64,000 nucleotides of DNA from Eledone cirrhosa (taxonomy: Eukaryota). Under the pieces are notes generated by a model that worked only from the letters and a program-made list of their open reading frames with translations, did no database searches and was not told the DNA's origin. The position numbers and the translations under genes were made by a program. Every line of letters begins with the position of its first letter. The stretch's first letter is position 1. The stretch spans positions 371,814,001 to 371,878,000 of the forward strand of contig OZ024742.1 in the NCBI GenBank assembly GCA_964016885.1, written 5' to 3'. Below are positions 12,601-27,860 of the stretch, one piece after another.

Positions 12601-15600
12601 TTCTAGACCAGACAGTATGGCCCATTGGTTAGTGTGTTGGACTTGACAATTACAAGGTTATGGGTTCAATTTCTAGACCAGACAGCATGGCCCATTGGTT
12701 AGTGTGTTGGACTTGACAATTACAAGGTCGTGAGTTGAATTTCTAGACCAGACAGCATGGCCCATTGGTTAGTGTGTTGGACTTGACAATTACAGGGTTG
12801 TGGGTTCAATTTCTAGACCTGACAGCATGGCCCATTGGTTAGTGTGTTGGACTTGACAATTACAAGGTTGTGGGTTCAATTTCTAGACCAGACAGCATGG
12901 CCCATTGGTTAGTGTGTTCGACTTGACAATTACAAGGTTGTGGGTTCAATTTCTAGACCAGACAGCATTGTCCATTGGTTAGTGTGTTGGACTTGACAAT
13001 TACAAGGTTGTGGGTTCAATTTCTAGACCAGACAGCATGGCCCATTGGTTAGTGTGTTGGACTTGACAATTACAAGGTTGTGGGTTCAATTTCTAGACCA
13101 GACAGCATGGTCCATTGGTTAGTGTGTTGGACTTGACAATTACAAGGTTGTGGGTTCAATTTCTAGACCAGACAGCATGGCCCATTGGTTCGTGTGTTGG
13201 ACTTGACAATTACAAGGTTGTGGGTTCAATTTCTAGACCAGACAGCATTGTCCATTGGTTAGTGTGTTGGACTTGACAATTACAAGGTTGTGGGTTCAAT
13301 TTCTAGACCAGACAGCATGGCCCATTTGTTAGTGTGTTGGACTTGACAATTACAAGGTTGTGGGTTCAATCTCTAGACCAGACAGCATGGCCCATTTTTT
13401 AGTGTGTTGGACTTGACAATTACAAGGTTGTGGGTTCAATCTCTAGACCAGACAGCATGGCCCATTGGTTAGTGTTTTGGACTTGACAATTACAAGGTTA
13501 TGGGTTCAATTTCTCGACCAGACAGCATGGCCCATTGGTTAGTGTGTTGAACTTGACATTTACAAGGTCGTGAGTTGAATTTCTAGACCAGACAGCATGG
13601 CCCATTGGTTAGTGTGTTGGACTTGACAATTACAGGGTTGTGGGTTCAATTTCTAGACCAGACAGCATGGCCCATTGGTTAGTGTGTTGGACTTGACAAT
13701 TACAAGGTTGTGGGTTCAATTTCTAGACCAGACAGCATGGCCCATTGGTTAGTGTGTTGGACTTGACAATTACAAGGTTGTGGGTTCAATTTCTAGACCA
13801 GACAGCATGGCCCATTGGTTAGTGTGTTGGACTTGACAATTACAAGGTTGTGGGTTCAATTTCTAGACCAGACAGCATTGTCCATTGGTTAGTGTGTTGG
13901 ACTTGACAATTACAAGGTTGTGGGTTCAATTTCTAGACCAGACAGCATGGCCCATTTTTTAGTGTGTTGGACTTGACAATTACAAGGTTGTGGGTTCAAT
14001 TTCTAGACCAGACAGCATTGTCCATTGGTTAGTGTGTTGGACTTGACAATTACAAGGTTGTGGGTTCAATTTCTAGACCAGACAGCATGGCCCATTTTTT
14101 AGTGTGTTGGACTTGACAATTACAAGGTTGTGGGTTCAATCTCTAGACCAGACAGCATGGCCCATTTTTTAGTGTGTTGGACTTGACAATTACAAGGTTG
14201 TGGGTTCAATCTCTAGACCAGACAGCATGGCCCATTGGTTAGTGTGTTGGACTTGACAATTACAAGGTTGTGGATTCAATTTCTAGACCAGACAGTATGG
14301 CCCATTGGTTAGTGTGTTGGACTTGACAATTACAAGGTTATGGGTTCAATTTCTAGACCAGACAGCATGGCCCATTGGTTAGTGTGTTGGACTTGACAAT
14401 TACAAGGTCGTGAGTTGAATTTCTACACCAGACAGCATGGCCCATTGGTTAGTGTGTTGGACTTGACAATTACAGGGTTGTGGGTTCAATTTCTAGACCA
14501 GACAGCATGGCCCATTGGTTAGTGTGTTGGACTTGACAATTACAAGGTTGTGGGTTCAATTTCTAGACCAGACAGCATGGCCCATTGGTTAGTGTGTTGG
14601 ACTTGACAATTACAAGGTTGTGGGTTCAATTTCTAGACCAGACAGCATTGTCCATTGGTTAGTGTGTTGGACTTGACAATTACAAGGTTGTGGGTTCAAT
14701 TTCTAGACCAGACAGCATGGCCCATTGGTTAGTGTGTTGGACTTAACAATTACAAGGGTGTGGGTTCTATTTCTAGACCAGACAGCATGGCCCATTGGTT
14801 AGTGTGTTGGACTTGACAATTACAAGGTTGTGGGTTAAATTTCTAGACCAGACAGTATGGCCCATTGGTTAGTGTGTTGGACTTGACAATTACAAGGTTG
14901 TGGGTTCAATTTCTAGACCAGACAACATGGCCCATTGGTTAGTGTGTTGGACTTGACAATTACAAGGTCGTGAGTTGAATTTCTAGACCAGACAGCATGG
15001 CCCATTGGTTAGTGTGTTGGACTTGACAATTACAGGGTTGTGGGTTCAATTTCTAGACCAGACAGCATGGCCCATTGGTTAGTGTGTTGGACTTGACAAT
15101 TACAAGGTTGTGGGTTCAATTTCTAGACCAGACAGCATGGCCCATTGGTTAGTGTGTTGGACTTGACAATTACAAGGTTGTGGGTTCAATTTCTAGACCA
15201 GACAGCATTGTCCATTGGTTAGTGTGTTGGACTTGACAATTACAAGGTTGTGGGTTCAATTTCTAGACCAGACAGCATGGCCCATTGGTTAGTGTGTTCG
15301 ACTTGACAATTACAAGGTTGTGGGTTCAATTTCTAGACCAGACAGCATGGTCCATTGGTTAGTGTGTTGGACTTGACAATTACAAGGTTGTGGGTTCAAT
15401 TTCTAGACCAGACAGCATGGCCCATTGGTTAGTGTGTTGGACTTAACAATTACAGGCGTGTGGGTTCTATTTCTAGACCAGACAGCATGGCCCATTGGTT
15501 AGTGTGTTGGACTTGACAATTACAAGGTTGTGGGTTAAATTTCTAGACCAGACAGTATGGCCCATTGGTTAGTGTGTTGGACTTGACAATTACAAGGTTG

Positions 15601-18480
15601 TGGGTTCAATTTCTAGACCAGACAGCATGGCCCATTGGTTAGTGTGTTCGACTTGACAATTACAAGGTTGTGGGTTCAATTTCTAGACCAGACAGCATGG
15701 TCCATTGGTTAGTGTGTTGGACTTGACAATTACAAGGTTGTGGGTTCAATTTCTAGACCAGACAGCATGGCCCATTGGTTAGTGTGTTGGACTTAACAAT
15801 TACAAGGGTGTGGGTTCTATTTCTAGACCAGACAGCATGGCCCATTGGTTAGTGTGTTGGACTTGACAATTACAAGGTTGTGGGTTAAATTTCTAGACCA
15901 GACAGTATGGCCCATTGGTTAGTGTGTTGGACTTGACAATTACAAGGTTATGGGTTCAATTTCTAGACCAGACAGCATGGCCCATTGGTTAGTGTGTTGG
16001 ACTTGACAATTACAAGGTCGTGAGTTGAATTTCTAGACCAGACAGCATGGCCCATTGGTTAGTGTGTTGGACTTGACAATTACAGGGTTGTGGGTTCAAT
16101 TTCTAGACCAGACAGCATGGCCCATTGGTTAGTGTGTTGGACTTGACAATTACAAGGTTGTGGGTTCAATTTCTAGACCAGACAGCATGGCCCATTGGTT
16201 AGTGTGTTGGACTTGACAATTACAAGGTTGTGGGTTCAATTTCTAGACCAGACAGCATTGTCCATTGGTTAGTGTGTTGGACTTGACAATTACAAGGTTG
16301 TGGGTTCAATTTCTAGACCAGACAGCATGGCCCATTGGTTAGTGTGTTCGACTTGACAATTACAAGGTTGTGGGTTCAATTTCTAGACCAGACAGCATGG
16401 TCCATTGGTTAGTGTGTTGGACTTGACAATTACAAGGTTGTGGGTTCAATTTATAGACCAGACAGCATGGCCCATTGGTTAGTGTGTTGGACTTAACAAT
16501 TACAAGGTTGTGGGTTCAATTTCTAGACCAGACAGCATGGCCCATTGGTTAGTGTGTTGGACTTGACAATTACAAGGTTGTGGGTTCAATTTCTAGACCA
16601 GACAGCATGGCCCATTTTTTAGTGTGTTGGACTTGACAATTACAAGGTTGTGGGTTCAATCTTTAGACCAGACAGCATGGCCCATTTTTTAGTGTGTTGG
16701 ACTTGACAATTACAAGGTTGTGGGTTCAATCTCTAGACCAGACAGCATGGCCCATTGGTTAGTGTGTTGGACTTGACAATTACAAGGTTGTGGATTCAAT
16801 TTCTAGACCAGACAGTATGGCCCATTGGTTAGTGTGTTGGACTTGACAATTACAAGGTTATGGGTTCAATTTCTAGACCAGACAGCATGGCCCATTGGTT
16901 AGTGTGTTGGACTTGACAATTACAAGGTCGTGAGTTGAATTTCTAGACCAGACAGCATGGCCCATTGGTTAGTGTGTTGGACTTGACAATTACAGGGTTG
17001 TGGGTTCAATTTCTAGACCAGACAGCATGGCCCATTGGTTAGTGTGTTGGACTTGACAATTACAAGGTTGTGGGTTCAATTTCTAGACCAGACAGCATGG
17101 CCCATTGGTTAGTGTGTTCGACTTGACAATTACAAGGTTGTGGGTTCAATTTCTAGACCAGACAGCATGGTCCATTGGTTAGTGTGTTGGACTTGACAAT
17201 TACAAGGTTGTGGGTTCAATTTCTAGACCAGACAGCATGGCCCATTGGTTAGTGTGTTGGACTTAACAATTACAAGGGTGTGGGTTCTATTTCTAGACCA
17301 GACAGCATGGCCCATTGGTTAGTGTGTTGGACTTGACAATTACAAGGTTGTGGGTTAAATTTCTAGACCAGACAGTATGGCCCATTGGTTAGTGTGTTGG
17401 ACTTGACAATTACAAGGTTGTGGGTTCAATTTCTAGAGCAGACAGCATGGCCCATTGGTTAGTGTGTTGGACTTGACAATTACAAGGTCGTGAGTTGAAT
17501 TTCTAGACCAGACAGCATGGCCCATTTGTTAGTGTGTTGGACTTGACAATTACAGGGTTGTGGGTTCAATTTCTAGACCAGACAGCATGGCCCATTGGTT
17601 AGTGTGTTGGACTTGACAATTACAAGGTTGTGGGTTCAATTTCTAGACCAGACAGCATGGCCCATTGGTTAGTGTGTTGGACTTGACAATTACAAGGTTG
17701 TGGGTTCAATTTCTAGACCAGACAGCATTGTCCATTGGTTAGTGTGTTGGACTTGACAATTACAAGGTTGTGGGTTCAATTTCTAGACCAGACAGCATGG
17801 CCCATTGGTTAGTGTGTTCGACTTGACAATTACAAGGTTGTGGGTTCAATTTCTAGACCAGACAGCATGGCCCATTGGTTAGTGTGTTCGACTTGACAAT
17901 TACAAGGTTGTGGGTTCAATTTCTAGACCAGACAGCATTGTCCATTGGTTAGTGTGTTGGACTTGACAATTACAAGATTGTGGGTTCAATTTCTAGACCA
18001 GACAGCATGGCCCATTTTTTAGTGTGTTGGACTTGACAATTACAAGGTTGTGGGTTCAATCTCTAGACCAGACAGCATGGCCCATTTTTTAGTGTGTTGG
18101 ACTTGACAATTACAAGGTTGTGGGTTCAATCTCTAGACCAGACAGCATGGCCCATTGGTTAGTGTGTTGGACTTGACAATTACAAGGTTGTGGATTCAAT
18201 TTCTAGACCAGACAGTATGGCCCATTGGTTAGTGTGTTGGACTTGACAATTACAAGGTTATGGGTTCAATTTCTAGACCAGACAGCATGGCCCATTGGTT
18301 AGTGTGTTGGACTTGACAATTACAAGGTCGTGAGTTGAATTTCTAGACCAGACAGCATGGCCCATTGGTTAGTGTGTTGGACTTGACAATTACAGGGTTG
18401 TGGGTTCAATTTCTAGACCTGACAGCATGGCCCATTGGTTAGTGTGTTGGACTTGACAATTACAAGGTTGTGGGTTCAAT
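8400..18480. repeat. Block duplication with 80-monomer offset (5600 bp): about 8400-12880 versus 14000-18480
   Basis: Markers AGGCGTG (9854/15454), CTTTAGA (11061/16661), GAGCAG (11837/17437), AGATTG (12376/17976) and TTCTAGACCT (12811/18411) are all 5600 bp apart. Confidence 0.88.
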
Positions 18481-21400
18481 CTCTAGACCAGACAGCATGG
18501 CCCATTTTTTAGTGTGTTGGACTTGACAATTACAAGGTTGTGGGTTCAATCTCTAGACCAGACAGCATGGCCCATTGGTTAGTGTTTTGGACTTGACAAT
18601 TACAAGGTTATGGGTTCAATTTCTCGACCAGACAGCATGGCCCATTGGTTAGTGTGTTGAACTTGACATTTACAAGGTCGTGAGTTGAATTTCTAGACCA
18701 GACAGCATGGCCCATTGGTTAGTGTGTTGGACTTGACAATTACAGGGTTGTGGGTTCAATTTCTAGACCAGACAGCATGGCCCATTGGTTAGTGTGTTGG
18801 ACTTGACAATTACAAGGTTGTGGGTTCAATTTCTAGACCAGACAGCATGGCCCATTGGTTAGTGTGTTGGACTTGACAATTACAAGGTTGTGGGTTCAAT
18901 TTCTAGACCAGACAGCATTGTCCATTGGTTAGTGTGTTGGACTTGACAATTACAAGGTTGTGGGTTCAATTTCTAGACCAGACAGCATGGCCCATTGGTT
19001 AGTGTGTTGGACTTAACAATTACAAGGTTGTGGGTTCAATTTCTAGACCAGACAGCATGGCCCATTGGTTAGTGTGTTGGACTTGACAATTACAAGGTTG
19101 TGGGTTCAATTTCTAGACCAGACAGCATGGCCCATTGGTTAGTGTGTTGGACTTGACAATTACAAGGTTGTGGGTTCAATTTCTAGACCAGACAGCATTG
19201 TCCATTGGTTAGTGTGTTGGACTTGACAATTACAAGGTTGTGGGTTCAATTTCTAGACCAGACAGCATGGCCCATTGGTTAGTGTGTTCGACTTGACAAT
19301 TACAAGGTTGTGGGTTCAATTTATAGACCAGACAGCATGGCCCATTGGTTAGTGTGTTGGACTTAACAATTACAAGGTTGTGGGTTCAATTTCTAGACCA
19401 GACAGCATGGCCCATTGGTTAGTGTGTTGGACTTGACAATTACAAGGTTGTGGGTTCAATTTCTAGACCAGACAGCATGGCCCATTTTTTAGTGTGTTGG
19501 ACTTGACAATTACAAGGTTGTGGGTTCAATCTTTAGACCAGACAGCATGGCCCATTTTTTAGTGTGTTGGACTTGACAATTACAAGGTTGTGGGTTCACT
19601 CTCTAGACCAGACAGCATGGCCCATTGGTTAGTGTGTTGGACTTGACAATTACAAGGTTGTGGATTCAATTTCTAGACCAGACAGTATGGCCCATTGGTT
19701 AGTGTGTTGGACTTGACAATTACAAGGTTATGGGTTCAATTTCTAGACCAGACAGCATGGCCCATTGGTTAGTGTGTTGGACTTGACAATTACAAGGTCG
19801 TGAGTTGAATTTCTAGACCAGACAGCATGGCCCATTGGTTAGTGTGTTGGACTTGACAATTACAGGGTTGTGGGTTCAATTTCTAGACCAGACAGCATGG
19901 CCCATTGGTTAGTGTGTTGGACTTGACAATTACAAGGTTGTGGGTTCAATTTCTAGACCAGACAGCATGGCCCATTGGTTAGTGTGTTCGACTTGACAAT
20001 TACAAGGTTGTGGGTTCAATTTCTAGACCAGACAGCATGGTCCATTGGTTAGTGTGTTGGACTTGACAATTACAAGGTTGTGGGTTCAATTTCTAGACCA
20101 GACAGCATGGCCCATTGGTTAGTGTGTTGGACTTAACAATTACAAGGGTGTGGGTTCTATTTCTAGACCAGACAGCATGGCCCATTGGTTAGTGTGTTGG
20201 ACTTGACAATTACAAGGTTGTGGGTTAAATTTCTAGACCAGACAGTATGGCCCATTGGTTAGTGTGTTGGACTTGACAATTACAAGGTTGTGGGTTCAAT
20301 TTCTAGAGCAGACAGCATGGCCCATTGGTTAGTGTGTTGGACTTGACAATTACAAGGTCGTGAGTTGAATTTCTAGACCAGACAGCATGGCCCATTGGTT
20401 AGTGTGTTGGACTTGACAATTACAGGGTTGTGGGTTCAATTTCTAGACCAGACAGCATGGCCCATTGGTTAGTGTGTTGGACTTGACAATTACAAGGTTG
20501 TGGGTTCAATTTCTAGACCAGACAGCATGGCCCATTGGTTAGTGTGTTGGACTTGACAATTACAAGGTTGTGGGTTCAATTTCTAGACCAGACAGCATTG
20601 TCCATTGGTTAGTGTGTTGGACTTGACAATTACAAGGTTGTGGGTTCAATTTCTAGACCAGACAGCATGGCCCATTGGTTAGTGTGTTCGACTTGACAAT
20701 TACAAGGTTGTGGGTTCAATTTCTAGACCAGACAGCATGGCCCATTGGTTAGTGTGTTCGACTTGACAATTACAAGGTTGTGGGTTCAATTTCTAGACCA
20801 GACAGCATTGTCCATTGGTTAGTGTGTTGGACTTGACAATTACAAGATTGTGGGTTCAATTTCTAGACCAGACAGCATGGCCCATTTTTTAGTGTGTTGG
20901 ACTTGACAATTACAAGGTTGTGGGTTCAATCTCTAGACCAGACAGCATGGCCCATTTTTTAGTGTGTTGGACTTGACAATTACAAGGTTGTGGGTTCAAT
21001 CTCTAGACCAGACAGCATGGCCCATTGGTTAGTGTGTTGGACTTGACAATTACAAGGTTGTGGATTCAATTTCTAGACCAGACAGTATGGCCCATTGGTT
21101 AGTGTGTTGGACTTGACAATTACAAGGTTATGGGTTCAATTTCTAGACCAGACAGCATGGCCCATTGGTTAGTGTGTTGGACTTGACAATTACAAGGTCG
21201 TGAGTTGAATTTCTAGACCAGACAGCATGGCCCATTGGTTAGTGTGTTGGACTTGACAATTACAGGGTTGTGGGTTCAATTTCTAGACCTGACAGCATGG
21301 CCCATTGGTTAGTGTGTTGGACTTGACAATTACAAGGTTGTGGGTTCAATTTCTAGACCAGACAGCATGGCCCATTGGTTAGTGTGTTCGACTTGACAAT

Positions 21401-24400
21401 TACAAGGTTGTGGGTTCAATTTCTAGACCAGACAGCATGGTCCATTGGTTAGTGTGTTGGACTTGACAATTACAAGGTTGTGGGTTCAATTTCTAGACCA
21501 GACAGCATGGCCCATTGGTTAGTGTGTTGGACTTGACAATTACAAGGTTGTGGGTTCAATTTCTAGACCAGACAGCATGGTCCATTGGTTAGTGTGTTGG
21601 ACTTGACAATTACAAGGTTGTGGGTTCAATTTCTAGACCAGACAGCATGGCCCATTGGTTAGTGTGTTGGACTTGACAATTACAAGGTTGTGGGTTCAAT
21701 TTCTAGACCAGACAGCATTGTCCATTGGTTAGTGTGTTGGACTTGACAATTACAAGGTTGTGGGTTCAATTTCTAGACCAGACAGCATGGCCCATTTGTT
21801 AGTGTGTTGGACTTGACAATTACAAGGTTGTGGGTTCAATCTCTAGACCAGACAGCATGGCCCATTTTTTAGTGTGTTGGACTTGACAATTACAAGGTTG
21901 TGGGTTCAATCTCTAGACCAGACAGCATGGCCCATTGGTTAGTGTTTTGGACTTGACAATTACAAGGTTATGGGTTCAATTTCTCGACCAGACAGCATGG
22001 CCCATTGGTTAGTGTGTTGAACTTGACATTTACAAGGTCGTGAGTTGAATTTCTAGACCAGACAGCATGGCCCATTGGTTAGTGTGTTGGACTTGACAAT
22101 TACAGGGTTGTGGGTTCAATTTCTAGACCAGACAGCATGGCCCATTGGTTAGTGTGTTGGACTTGACAATTACAAGGTTGTGGGTTCAATTTCTAGACCA
22201 GACAGCATTGTCCATTGGTTAGTGTGTTGGACTTGACAATTACAAGGTTGTGGGTTCAATTTCTAGACCAGACAGCATGGCCCATTGGTTAGTGTGTTGG
22301 ACTTAACAATTACAAGGTTGTGGGTTCAATTTCTAGACCAGACAGCATGGCCCATTGGTTAGTGTGTTGGACTTGACAATTACAAGGTTGTGGGTTCAAT
22401 TTCTAGACCAGACAGCATGGCCCATTGGTTAGTGTGTTGGACTTGACAATTACAAGGTTGTGGGTTCAATTTCTAGACCAGACAGCATTGTCCATTGGTT
22501 AGTGTGTTGGACTTGACAATTACAAGGTTGTGGGTTCAATTTCTAGACCAGACAGCATGGCCCATTGGTTAGTGTGTTCGACTTGACAATTACAAGGTTG
22601 TGGGTTAAATTTCTAGACCAGACAGTATGGCCCATTGGTTAGTGTGTTGGACTTGACAATTACAAGGTTGTGGGTTCAATTTCTAGACCAGACAGCATGG
22701 CCCATTGGTTAGTGTGTTGGACTTGACAATTACAAGGTCGTGAGTTGAATTTCTAGACCAGACAGCATGGCCCATTGGTTAGTGTGTTGGACTTGACAAT
22801 TACAGGGTTGTGGGTTCAATTTCTAGACCAGACAGCATGGCCCATTGGATAGTGTGTTGGACTTGACAATTACAAGGTTGTGGGTTCAATTTCTAGACCA
22901 GACAGCATGGCCCATTGGTTAGTGTGTTCGACTTGACAATTACAAGGTTGTGGGTTCAATTTCTAGACCAGACAGCATGGTCCATTGGTTAGTGTGTTGG
23001 ACTTGACAATTACAAGGTTGTGGGTTCAATTTCTAGACCAGACAGCATGGCCCATTGGTTAGTGTGTTGGACTTAACAATTACAAGGGTGTGGGTTCTAT
23101 TTCTAGACCAGACAGCATGGCCCATTGGTTAGTGTGTTGGACTTGACAATTACAAGGTTGTGGGTTAAATTTCTAGACCAGACAGTATGGCCCATTGGTT
23201 AGTGTGTTGGACTTGACAATTACAAGGTTGTGGGTTCAATTTCTAGAGCAGACAGCATGGCCCATTGGTTAGTGTGTTGGACTTGACAATTACAAGGTCG
23301 TGAGTTGAATTTCTAGACCAGACAGCATGGCCCATTGGTTAGTGTGTTGGACTTGACAATTACAGGGTTGTGGGTTCAATTTCTAGACCAGACAGCATGG
23401 CCCATTGGTTAGTGTGTTGGACTTGACAATTACAAGGTTGTGGGTTCAATTTCTAGACCAGACAGCATGGCCCATTGGTTAGTGTGTTGGACTTGACAAT
23501 TACAAGGTTGTGGGTTCAATTTCTAGACCAGACAGCATTGTCCATTGGTTAGTGTGTTGGACTTGACAATTACAAGGTTGTGGGTTCAATTTCTAGACCA
23601 GACAGCATGGCCCATTGGTTAGTGTGTTCGACTTGACAATTACAAGGTTGTGGGTTCAATTTCTAGACCAGACAGCATGGCCCATTGGTTAGTGTGTTCG
23701 ACTTGACAATTACAAGGTTGTGGGTTCAATTTCTAGACCAGACAGCATTGTCCATTGGTTAGTGTGTTGGACTTGACAATTACAAGATTGTGGGTTCAAT
23801 TTCTAGACCAGACAGCATGGCCCATTTTTTAGTGTGTTGGACTTGACAATTACAAGGTTGTGGGTTCAATCTCTAGACCAGACAGCATGGCCCATTTTTT
23901 AGTGTGTTGGACTTGACAATTACAAGGTTGTGGGTTCAATCTCTAGACCAGACAGCATGGCCCATTGGTTAGTGTGTTGGACTTGACAATTACAAGGTTG
24001 TGGATTCAATTTCTAGACCAGACAGTATGGCCCATTGGTTAGTGTGTTGGACTTGACAATTACAAGGTTATGGGTTCAATTTCTAGACCAGACAGCATGG
24101 CCCATTGGTTAGTGTGTTGGACTTGACAATTACAAGGTCGTGAGTTGAATTTCTAGACCAGACAGCATGGCCCATTGGTTAGTGTGTTGGACTTGACAAT
24201 TACAGGGTTGTGGGTTCAATTTCTAGACCTGACAGCATGGCCCATTGGTTAGTGTGTTGGACTTGACAATTACAAGGTTGTGGGTTCAATTTCTAGACCA
24301 GACAGCATGGCCCATTGGTTAGTGTGTTCGACTTGACAATTACAAGGTTGTGGGTTCAATTTCTAGACCAGACAGCATTGTCCATTGGTTAGTGTGTTGG

Positions 24401-27400
24401 ACTTGACAATTACAAGGTTGTGGGTTCAATTTCTAGACCAGACAGCATGGCCCATTGGTTAGTGTGTTGGACTTGACAATTACAAGGTTGTGGGTTCAAT
24501 TTCTAGACCAGACAGCATGGTCCATTGGTTAGTGTGTTGGACTTGACAATTACAAGGTTGTGGGTTCAATTTCTAGACCAGACAGCATGGCCCATTGGTT
24601 AGTGTGTTGGACTTGACAATTACAAGGTTGTGGGTTCAATTTCTAGACCAGACAGCATTGTCCATTGGTTAGTGTGTTGGACTTGACAATTACAAGGTTG
24701 TGGGTTCAATTTCTAGACCAGACAGCATGGCCCATTTGTTAGTGTGTTGGACTTGACAATTACAAGGTTGTGGGTTCAATCTCTAGACCAGACAGCATGG
24801 CCCATTTTTTAGTGTGTTGGACTTGACAATTACAAGGTTGTGGGTTCAATCTCTAGACCAGACAGCATGGCCCATTGGTTAGTGTTTTGGACTTGACAAT
24901 TACAAGGTTATGGGTTCAATTTCTCGACCAGACAGCATGGCCCATTGGTTAGTGTGTTGAACTTGACATTTACAAGGTCGTGAGTTGAATTTCTAGACCA
25001 GACAGCATGGCCCATTGGTTAGTGTGTTGGACTTGACAATTACAGGGTTGTGGGTTCAATTTCTAGACCAGACAGCATGGCCCATTGGTTAGTGTGTTGG
25101 ACTTGACAATTACAAGGTTGTGGGTTCAATTTCTAGACCAGACAGCATGGCCCATTGGTTAGTGTGTTGGACTTGACAATTACAAGGTTGTGGGTTCAAT
25201 TTCTAGACCAGACAGCATTGTCCATTGGTTAGTGTGTTGGACTTGACAATTACAAGGTTGTGGGTTCAATTTCTAGACCAGACAGCATGGCCCATTGGTT
25301 AGTGTGTTGGACTTAACAATTACAAGGTTGTGGGTTCAATTTCTAGACCAGACAGCATGGCCCATTGGTTAGTGTGTTGGACTTGACAATTACAAGGTTG
25401 TGGGTTCAATTTCTAGACCAGACAGCATGGCCCATTGGTTAGTGTGTTGGACTTGACAATTACAAGGTTGTGGGTTCAATTTCTAGACCAGACAGCATTG
25501 TCCATTGGTTAGTGTGTTGGACTTGACAATTACAAGGTTGTGGGTTCAATTTCTAGACCAGACAGCATGGCCCATTGGTTAGTGTGTTCGACTTGACAAT
25601 TACAAGGTTGTGGGTTAAATTTCTAGACCAGACAGTATGGCCCATTGGTTAGTGTGTTGGACTTGACAATTACAAGGTTGTGGGTTCAATTTCTAGACCA
25701 GACAGCATGGCCCATTGGTTAGTGTGTTGGACTTGACAATTACAAGGTCGTGAGTTGAATTTCTAGACCAGACAGCATGGCCCATTGGTTAGTGTGTTGG
25801 ACTTGACAATTACAGGGTTGTGGGTTCAATTTCTAGACCAGACAGCATGGCCCATTGGATAGTGTGTTGGACTTGACAATTACAAGGTTGTGGGTTCAAT
25901 TTCTAGACCAGACAGCATGGCCCATTGGTTAGTGTGTTCGACTTGACAATTACAAGGTTGTGGGTTCAATTTCTAGACCAGACAGCATTGTCCATTGGTT
26001 AGTGTGTTGGACTTGACAATTACAAGATTGTGGGTTCAATTTCTAGACCAGACAGCATGGCCCATTTTTTAGTGTGTTGGACTTGACAATTACAAGGTTG
26101 TGGGTTCAATCTCTAGACCAGACAGCATGGCCCATTTTTTAGTGTGTTGGACTTGACAATTACAAGGTTGTGGGTTCAATCTCTAGACCAGACAGCATGG
26201 CCCATTGGTTAGTGTGTTGGACTTGACAATTACAAGGTTGTGGATTCAATTTCTAGACCAGACAGTATGGCCCATTGGTTAGTGTGTTGGACTTGACAAT
26301 TACAAGGTCGTGAGTTGAATTTCTAGACCAGACAGCACGGCCCATTGGTTAGTGTGTTGGACTTGACAATTACAGGGTTGTGGGTTCAATTTCTAGACCA
26401 GACAGCATGGCCCATTGGTTAGTGTGTTGGACTTGACAATTACAAGGTTGTGGGTTCAATCTCTAGACCAGACAGCATGGCCCATTTTTTAGTGTGTTGG
26501 ACTTGACAATTACAAGGTTGTGGGTTCAATCTCTAGACCAGACAGCATGGCCCATTTTTTAGTGTGTTGGACTTGACAATTACAAGGTTGTGGGTTCAAT
26601 CTCTAGACCAGACAGCATGGCCCATTGGTTAGTGTTTTGGACTTGACAATTACAAGGTTATGGGTTCAATTTCTCGACCAGACAGCATGGCCCATTGGTT
26701 AGTGTGTTGAACTTGACATTTACAAGGTCGTGAGTTGAATTTCTAGACCAGACAGCATGGCCCATTGGTTAGTGTGTTGGACTTGACAATTACAGGGTTG
26801 TGGGTTCAATTTCTAGACCAGACAGCATGGCCCATTGGTTAGTGTGTTGGACTTGACAATTACAAGGTTGTGGGTTCAATTTCTAGACCAGACAGCATGG
26901 CCCATTGGTTAGTGTGTTGGACTTGACAATTACAAGGTTGTGGGTTCAATTTCTAGACCAGACAGCATTGTCCATTGGTTAGTGTGTTGGACTTGACAAT
27001 TACAAGGTTGTGGGTTAAATTTCTAGACCAGACAGTATGGCCCATTGGTTAGTGTGTTGGACTTGACAATTACAAGGTTGTGGGTTCAATTTCTAGACCA
27101 GACAGCATGGCCCATTGGTTAGTGTGTTGGACTTGACAATTACAAGGTCGTGAGTTGAATTTCTAGACCAGACAGCATGGCCCATTGGTTAGTGTGTTGG
27201 ACTTGACAATTACAGGGTTGTGGGTTCAATTTCTAGACCAGACAGCATGGCCCATTGGATAGTGTGTTGGACTTGACAATTACAAGGTTGTGGGTTCAAT
27301 TTCTAGACCAGACAGCATGGCCCATTGGTTAGTGTGTTCGACTTGACAATTACAAGGTTGTGGGTTCAATTTCTAGACCAGACAGCATTGTCCATTGGTT

Positions 27401-27860
27401 AGTGTGTTGGACTTGACAATTACAAGATTGTGGGTTCAATTTCTAGACCAGACAGCATGGCCCATTTTTTAGTGTGTTGGACTTGACAATTACAAGGTTG
27501 TGGGTTCAATCTCTAGACCAGACAGCATGGCCCATTTTTTAGTGTGTTGGACTTGACAATTACAAGGTTGTGGGTTCAATCTCTAGACCAGACAGCATGG
27601 CCCATTGGTTAGTGTGTTGGACTTGACAATTACAAGGTTGTGGATTCAATTTCTAGACCAGACAGTATGGCCCATTGGTTAGTGTGTTGGACTTGACAAT
27701 TACAAGGTCGTGAGTTGAATTTCTAGACCAGACAGCACGGCCCATTGGTTAGTGTGTTGGACTTGACAATTACAGGGTTGTGGGTTCAATTTCTAGACCA
27801 GACAGCATGGCCCATTGGTTAGTGTGTTGGACTTGACAATTACAAGGTTGTGGGTTCAAT
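16400..27860. repeat. Overlapping block duplications offset by 41, 42-43 and 20 monomers
   Basis: GAGCAG at about 17437, 20307, 23247 (2870, 2940). AGATTG at about 17976, 20846, 23786, 26026, 27426. TTGGAT at about 22849, 25859, 27259. The GCACGG marker occurs twice, 1400 bp apart (about 26338 and 27738). Confidence 0.8.
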